Below, piece by piece: positions 59,304 to 64,000 of a DNA stretch of 64,000 bases (its first letter is position 1; the number at the start of each line of letters is the position of its first letter). The stretch spans positions 15,004,001 through 15,068,000 of the forward strand of contig OZ059897.1 of assembly GCA_964057225.1 (NCBI GenBank). Reading direction: 5' to 3'. This DNA comes from Auanema rhodensis. Its lineage: Eukaryota; Animalia; Nematoda. A program made the translations under genes and the position numbers. The notes under the pieces are model-generated. The model was given only the letters and a program-made list of their open reading frames with translations. It made no database searches and was not told the DNA's origin.

Positions 59304-59489
59304 TAATCGGTTAATCATGAAGGAAACTGAAAGAGTTTCAACTGGACTTCACTTCTTCGACCTTCTTGCATCACTCCCCATGCTGCTTACGGCTCTGTCA
59401 GGCTACATCAGGCTCTATGGCAGCCTATACATCCCATACCAAATACGGCGATCCAGTTAGTTCTCTTCAGAGAAAACAGTGATTCTTTG

Positions 59490-59674
59490 AAATCATACTA
59501 CACAGAATCATTTCTGTAGTTTGTATTTCACATTCCCTTTTAAACTTCGACACATGTTGACCGCGGTGAAAGGGTAATGAGCAGGTTGCGAGCGTGAAGA
59601 ACTTCTTCGGAAGTTGATGACCGCGAGCTAGCCGGCAACGGAAAGCTTTTGTAATCTGCTCATCTGAGCGGTTT
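59490..59674 (+). ncRNA. U3: U3 snoRNA, copy 5
   Basis: Matches copy 1. Confidence 0.92.
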
Positions 59675-59860
59675 TAATCGGTTAATCATGAAGGAAACTG
59701 AAAGAGTTTCAACTGGACTTCACTTCTTCGACCTTCTTGCATCACTCCCCATGCTGCTTACGGCTCTGTCAGGCTACATCAGGCTCTATGGCAGCGTATA
59801 CATCCCATACCAAATACGGCGATGCAGTTAGTTCTGTTCAGAGAAAACAGTGAATCTTTG

Positions 59861-60045
59861 AAATCATACTACACAGAATCATTTCTGTAGTTTGTATTTC
59901 ACATTCCCTTTTAAACTTCGACACATGTTGACCGCGGTGAAAGGGTAATGAGCAGGTTGCGAGCGTGAAGAACTTCTTCGGAAGTTGATGACCGCGAGCT
60001 AGCCGGCAACGGAAAGCTTTTGTAATCTGCTCATCTGAGCGGTTT
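59861..60045 (+). ncRNA. U3: U3 snoRNA, copy 6
   Basis: Matches copy 1. Confidence 0.92.
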
Positions 60046-60231
60046 TAATCGGTTAATCATGAAGGAAACTGAAAGAGTTTCAACTGGACTTCACTTCTTC
60101 GACCTTCTTGCATCACTCCCCATGCTGCTTACGGCTCTGTCAGGCTACATCAGGCTCTATGGCAGCCTATACATCCCATACCAAATACGGCGATCCAGTT
60201 AGTTCTCTTCAGAGATAACAGTGAATCTTTG

Positions 60232-60416
60232 AAATCATACTACACAGAATCATTTCTGTAGTTTGTATTTCACATTCCCTTTTAAACTTCGACACATGTT
60301 GACCGCGGTGAAAGGGTAATGAGCAGGTTGCGAGCGTGAAGAACTTCTTCGGAAGTTGATGACCGCGAGCTAGCCGGCAACGGAAAGCTTTTGTAATCTG
60401 CTCATCTGAGCGGTTT
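60232..60416 (+). ncRNA. U3: U3 snoRNA, copy 7
   Basis: Matches copy 1. Confidence 0.92.
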
Positions 60417-60602
60417 TAATCGGTTAATCATCAAGGAAACTGAAAGAGTTTCAACTGGACTTCACTTCTTCGACTTTCTTGTATCACTCCCCATGCTGCT
60501 TACGGCTCTGTCAGGCTACATCAGGCTCTATGGCAGCGTATACATCCCATACCAAATACGGCGATGCAGTTAGTTCTGTTCAGAGAAAACAGTGAATCTT
60601 TG

Positions 60603-60787
60603 AAATCATACTACACAGAATCATTTCTGTAGTTTGTATTTCACATTCCCTTTTAAACTTCGACACATGTTGACCGCGGTGAAAGGGTAATGAGCAGGTT
60701 GCGAGCGTGAAGAACTTCTTCGGAAGTTGATGACCGCGAGCTAGCCGGCAACGGAAAGCTTTTGTAATCTGCTCATCTGAGCGGTTT
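60603..60787 (+). ncRNA. U3: U3 snoRNA, copy 8
   Basis: Matches copy 1. Confidence 0.92.
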
Positions 60788-60973
60788 TAATCGGTTAATC
60801 ATCAAGGAAACTGAAAGAGTTTCAACTGGACTTCACTTCTTCGACTTTCTTGTATCACTCCCCATGCTGCTTACGGCTCTGTCAGGCTACATCAGGCTCT
60901 ATGGCAGCGTATACATCCCATACCAAATACGGCGATGCAGTTAGTTCTGTTCAGAGAAAACAGTGAATCTTTG

Positions 60974-61158
60974 AAATCATACTACACAGAATCATTTCTG
61001 TAGTTTGTATTTCACATTCCCTTTTAAACTTCGACACATGTTGACCGCGGTGAAAGGGTAATGAGCAGGTTGCGAGCGTGAAGAACTTCTTCGGAAGTTG
61101 ATGACCGCGAGCTAGCCGGCAACGGAAAGCTTTTGTAATCTGCTCATCTGAGCGGTTT
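60974..61158 (+). ncRNA. U3: U3 snoRNA, copy 9
   Basis: Matches copy 1. Confidence 0.92.
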
Positions 61159-61344
61159 TAATCGGTTAATCATCAAGGAAACTGAAAGAGTTTCAACTGG
61201 ACTTCACTTCTTCGACTTTCTTGTATCACTCCCCATGCTGCTTACGGCTCTGTCAGGCTACATCAGGCTCTATGGCAGCGTATACATCCCATACCAAATA
61301 CGGCGATGCAGTTAGTTCTGTTCAGAGAAAACAGTGAATCTTTG

Positions 61345-61529
61345 AAATCATACTACACAGAATCATTTCTGTAGTTTGTATTTCACATTCCCTTTTAAAC
61401 TTCGACACATGTTGACCGCGGTGAAAGGGTAATGAGCAGGTTGCGAGCGTGAAGAACTTCTTCGGAAGTTGATGACCGCGAGCTAGCCGGCAACGGAAAG
61501 CTTTTGTAATCTGCTCATCTGAGCGGTTT
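61345..61529 (+). ncRNA. U3: U3 snoRNA, copy 10
   Basis: Matches copy 1. Confidence 0.92.
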
Positions 61530-61715
61530 TAATCGGTTAATCATCAAGGAAACTGAAAGAGTTTCAACTGGACTTCACTTCTTCGACTTTCTTGTATCAC
61601 TCCCCATGCTGCTTACGGCTCTGTCAGGCTACATCAGGCTCTATGGCAGCGTATACATCCCATACCAAATACGGCGATGCAGTTAGTTCTGTTCAGAGAA
61701 AACAGTGAATCTTTG

Positions 61716-61900
61716 AAATCATACTACACAGAATCATTTCTGTAGTTTGTATTTCACATTCCCTTTTAAACTTCGACACATGTTGACCGCGGTGAAAGGG
61801 TAATGAGCAGGTTGCGAGCGTGAAGAACTTCTTCGGAAGTTGATGACCGCGAGCTAGCCGGCAACGGAAAGCTTTTGTAATCTGCTCATCTGAGTGGTTT
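61716..61900 (+). ncRNA. U3: U3 snoRNA, copy 11 (variant)
   Basis: C>T at 61895 in the terminal stem (G-C to G.U). Confidence 0.92.
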
Positions 61901-62086
61901 TAAACGGTTAATCATTAAGGAAACTGAAAGAGTTTCAACTGGACTTCACTTCTTCGACCTTCTTGCATCACTCCCCATGCTGCTTACGGCTCTGTTAGGC
62001 TACATCAGGCTCTATGGCAGCGTATACATCCCATACCAAATACGGCGATGCAGTTAGTTCTGTTCAGAGAAAACAGTGAATCTTTG

Positions 62087-62271
62087 AAATCATACTACAC
62101 AGAATCATTTCTGTAGTTTGTATTTCACATTCCCTTTTAAACTTCGACACATGTTGACCGCGGTGAAAGGGTAATGAGCAGGTTGCGAGCGTGAAGAACT
62201 TCTTCGGAAGTTGATGACCGCGAGCTAGCCGGCAACGGAAAGCTTTTGTAATCTGCTCATCTGAGCGGTTT
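62087..62271 (+). ncRNA. U3: U3 snoRNA, copy 12
   Basis: Matches copy 1. Confidence 0.92.
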
Positions 62272-62457
62272 TAATCGGTTAATCATCAAGGAAACTGAAA
62301 GAGTTTCAACTGGACTTCACTTCTTCGACTTTCTTGTATCACTCCCCATGCTGCTTACGGCTCTGTCAGGCTACATCAGGCTCTATGGCAGCGTATACAT
62401 CCCATACCAAATACGGCGATGCAGTTAGTTCTGTTCAGAGAAAACAGTGAATCTTTG

Positions 62458-62642
62458 AAATCATACTACACAGAATCATTTCTGTAGTTTGTATTTCACA
62501 TTCCCTTTTAAACTTCGACACATGTTGACCGCGGTGAAAGGGTAATGAGCAGGTTGCGAGCGTGAAGAACTTCTTCGGAAGTTGATGACCGCGAGCTAGC
62601 CGGCAACGGAAAGCTTTTGTAATCTGCTCATCTGAGCGGTTT
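62458..62642 (+). ncRNA. U3: U3 snoRNA, copy 13
   Basis: Matches copy 1. Confidence 0.92.
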
Positions 62643-62828
62643 TAATCGGTTAATCATCAAGGAAACTGAAAGAGTTTCAACTGGACTTCACTTCTTCGAC
62701 TTTCTTGTATCACTCCCCATGCTGCTTACGGCTCTGTCAGGCTACATCAGGCTCTATGGCAGCGTATACATCCCATACCAAATACGGCGATGCAGTTAGT
62801 TCTGTTCAGAGAAAACAGTGAATCTTTG

Positions 62829-63013
62829 AAATCATACTACACAGAATCATTTCTGTAGTTTGTATTTCACATTCCCTTTTAAACTTCGACACATGTTGAC
62901 CGCGGTGAAAGGGTAATGAGCAGGTTGCGAGCGTGAAGAACTTCTTCGGAAGTTGATGACCGCGAGCTAGCCGGCAACGGAAAGCTTTTGTAATCTGCTC
63001 ATCTGAGCGGTTT
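62829..63013 (+). ncRNA. U3: U3 snoRNA, copy 14
   Basis: Matches copy 1. Confidence 0.92.
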
Positions 63014-63199
63014 TAATCGGTTAATCATCAAGGAAACTGAAAGAGTTTCAACTGGACTTCACTTCTTCGACTTTCTTGTATCACTCCCCATGCTGCTTAC
63101 GGCTCTGTCAGGCTACATCAGGCTCTATGGCAGCGTATACATCCCATACCAAATACGGCGATGCAGTTAGTTCTGTTCAGAGAAAACAGTGAATCTTTG

Positions 63200-63384
63200 A
63201 AATCATACTACACAGAATCATTTCTGTAGTTTGTATTTCACATTCCCTTTTAAACTTCGACACATGTTGACCGCGGTGAAAGGGTAATGAGCAGGTTGCG
63301 AGCGTGAAGAACTTCTTCGGAAGTTGATGACCGCGAGCTAGCCGGCAACGGAAAGCTTTTGTAATCTGCTCATCTGAGTGGTTT
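63200..63384 (+). ncRNA. U3: U3 snoRNA, copy 15 (variant)
   Basis: C>T at 63379, same variant as copy 11. Confidence 0.92.
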
Positions 63385-63570
63385 TAAACGGTTAATCATT
63401 AAGGAAACTGAAAGAGTTTCAACTGGACTTCACTTCTTCGACCTTCTTGCATCACTCCCCATGCTGCTTACGGCTCTGTTAGGCTACATCAGGCTCTATG
63501 GCAGCGTATACATCCCATACCAAATACGGCGATGCAGTTAGTTCTGTTCAGAGAAAACAGTGAATCTTTG

Positions 63571-63755
63571 AAATCATACTACACAGAATCATTTCTGTAG
63601 TTTGTATTTCACATTCCCTTTTAAACTTCGACACATGTTGACCGCGGTGAAAGGGTAATGAGCAGGTTGCGAGCGTGAAGAACTTCTTCGGAAGTTGATG
63701 ACCGCGAGCTAGCCGGCAACGGAAAGCTTTTGTAATCTGCTCATCTGAGCGGTTT
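63571..63755 (+). ncRNA. U3: U3 snoRNA, copy 16
   Basis: Matches copy 1. Confidence 0.92.
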
Positions 63756-63941
63756 TAATCGGTTAATCATCAAGGAAACTGAAAGAGTTTCAACTGGACT
63801 TCACTTCTTCGACTTTCTTGTATCACTCCCCATGCTGCTTACGGCTCTGTCAGGCTACATCAGGCTCTATGGCAGCGTATACATCCCATACCAAATACGG
63901 CGATGCAGTTAGTTCTGTTCAGAGAAAACAGTGAATCTTTG

Positions 63942-64000
63942 AAATCATACTACACAGAATCATTTCTGTAGTTTGTATTTCACATTCCCTTTTAAACTTC
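63942..64000 (+). ncRNA. U3: U3 snoRNA, copy 17 (5' part, cut by window edge)
   Basis: Box A'/A and hinge are present. Confidence 0.85.

Larger units (their letters stand above)
57982..64000 (+). repeat. Head-to-tail tandem array with a 371-bp unit (16 full units plus a partial), each unit a U3 snoRNA gene plus spacer; continues past the window end
   Basis: TTCAGAG recurs at 57982, 58353, 58724 ... 63918 (5936/371 = 16). I saw only a few substitutions and no indels. Confidence 0.98.

Noticed and set aside
57982-64000. CRISPR array, 5S/SL1 repeat, or plain satellite
   Set aside because: The context is eukaryotic with no unique spacers. There is no SL1 leader (GGTTTAATTACCCAAGTTTGAG) or 5S sequence, and the unit carries a full set of U3 boxes.

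Overview
This is AT-rich, gene-dense eukaryotic DNA with very short (~42-55 nt) spliceosomal introns and TTTCAG-type acceptors, typical of a rhabditid (clade V) nematode. Heterorhabditis is my guess and is unverified. Positions 60-16,198 hold a minus-strand, operon-like run: vps-35, ceramide glucosyltransferase, frataxin, ptp-2/SHP2, vrk-1 and glutathione synthetase. From 17.7 to 57.8 kb all genes are on the plus strand: two tandem SLC35F6-like transporters, mitochondrial ArgRS, PIF1, SmF, two C2H2 zinc-finger genes, an astacin, a 7TM receptor, an Mdm35/TRIAP1-MED10-mL43-like trio, a secreted Gly/Tyr-rich protein, phospholipase D and a PRRC1-like gene. The last 6 kb looks like satellite DNA but is a head-to-tail array of 371-bp units (16 complete plus one cut by the window edge). 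Each unit carries an apparently intact U3 snoRNA gene and a candidate promoter element. Other highlights are a 47-nt intron-like spacer that could splice Mdm35 and MED10 into one dicistronic mRNA, nine GC-AG introns required by homology or reading frame, a gene-conversion tract between the SLC35F6 paralogues, PLD microexons and candidate structured RNAs. All gene models were assembled by eye, CDS spans include introns, and no database searches were run.
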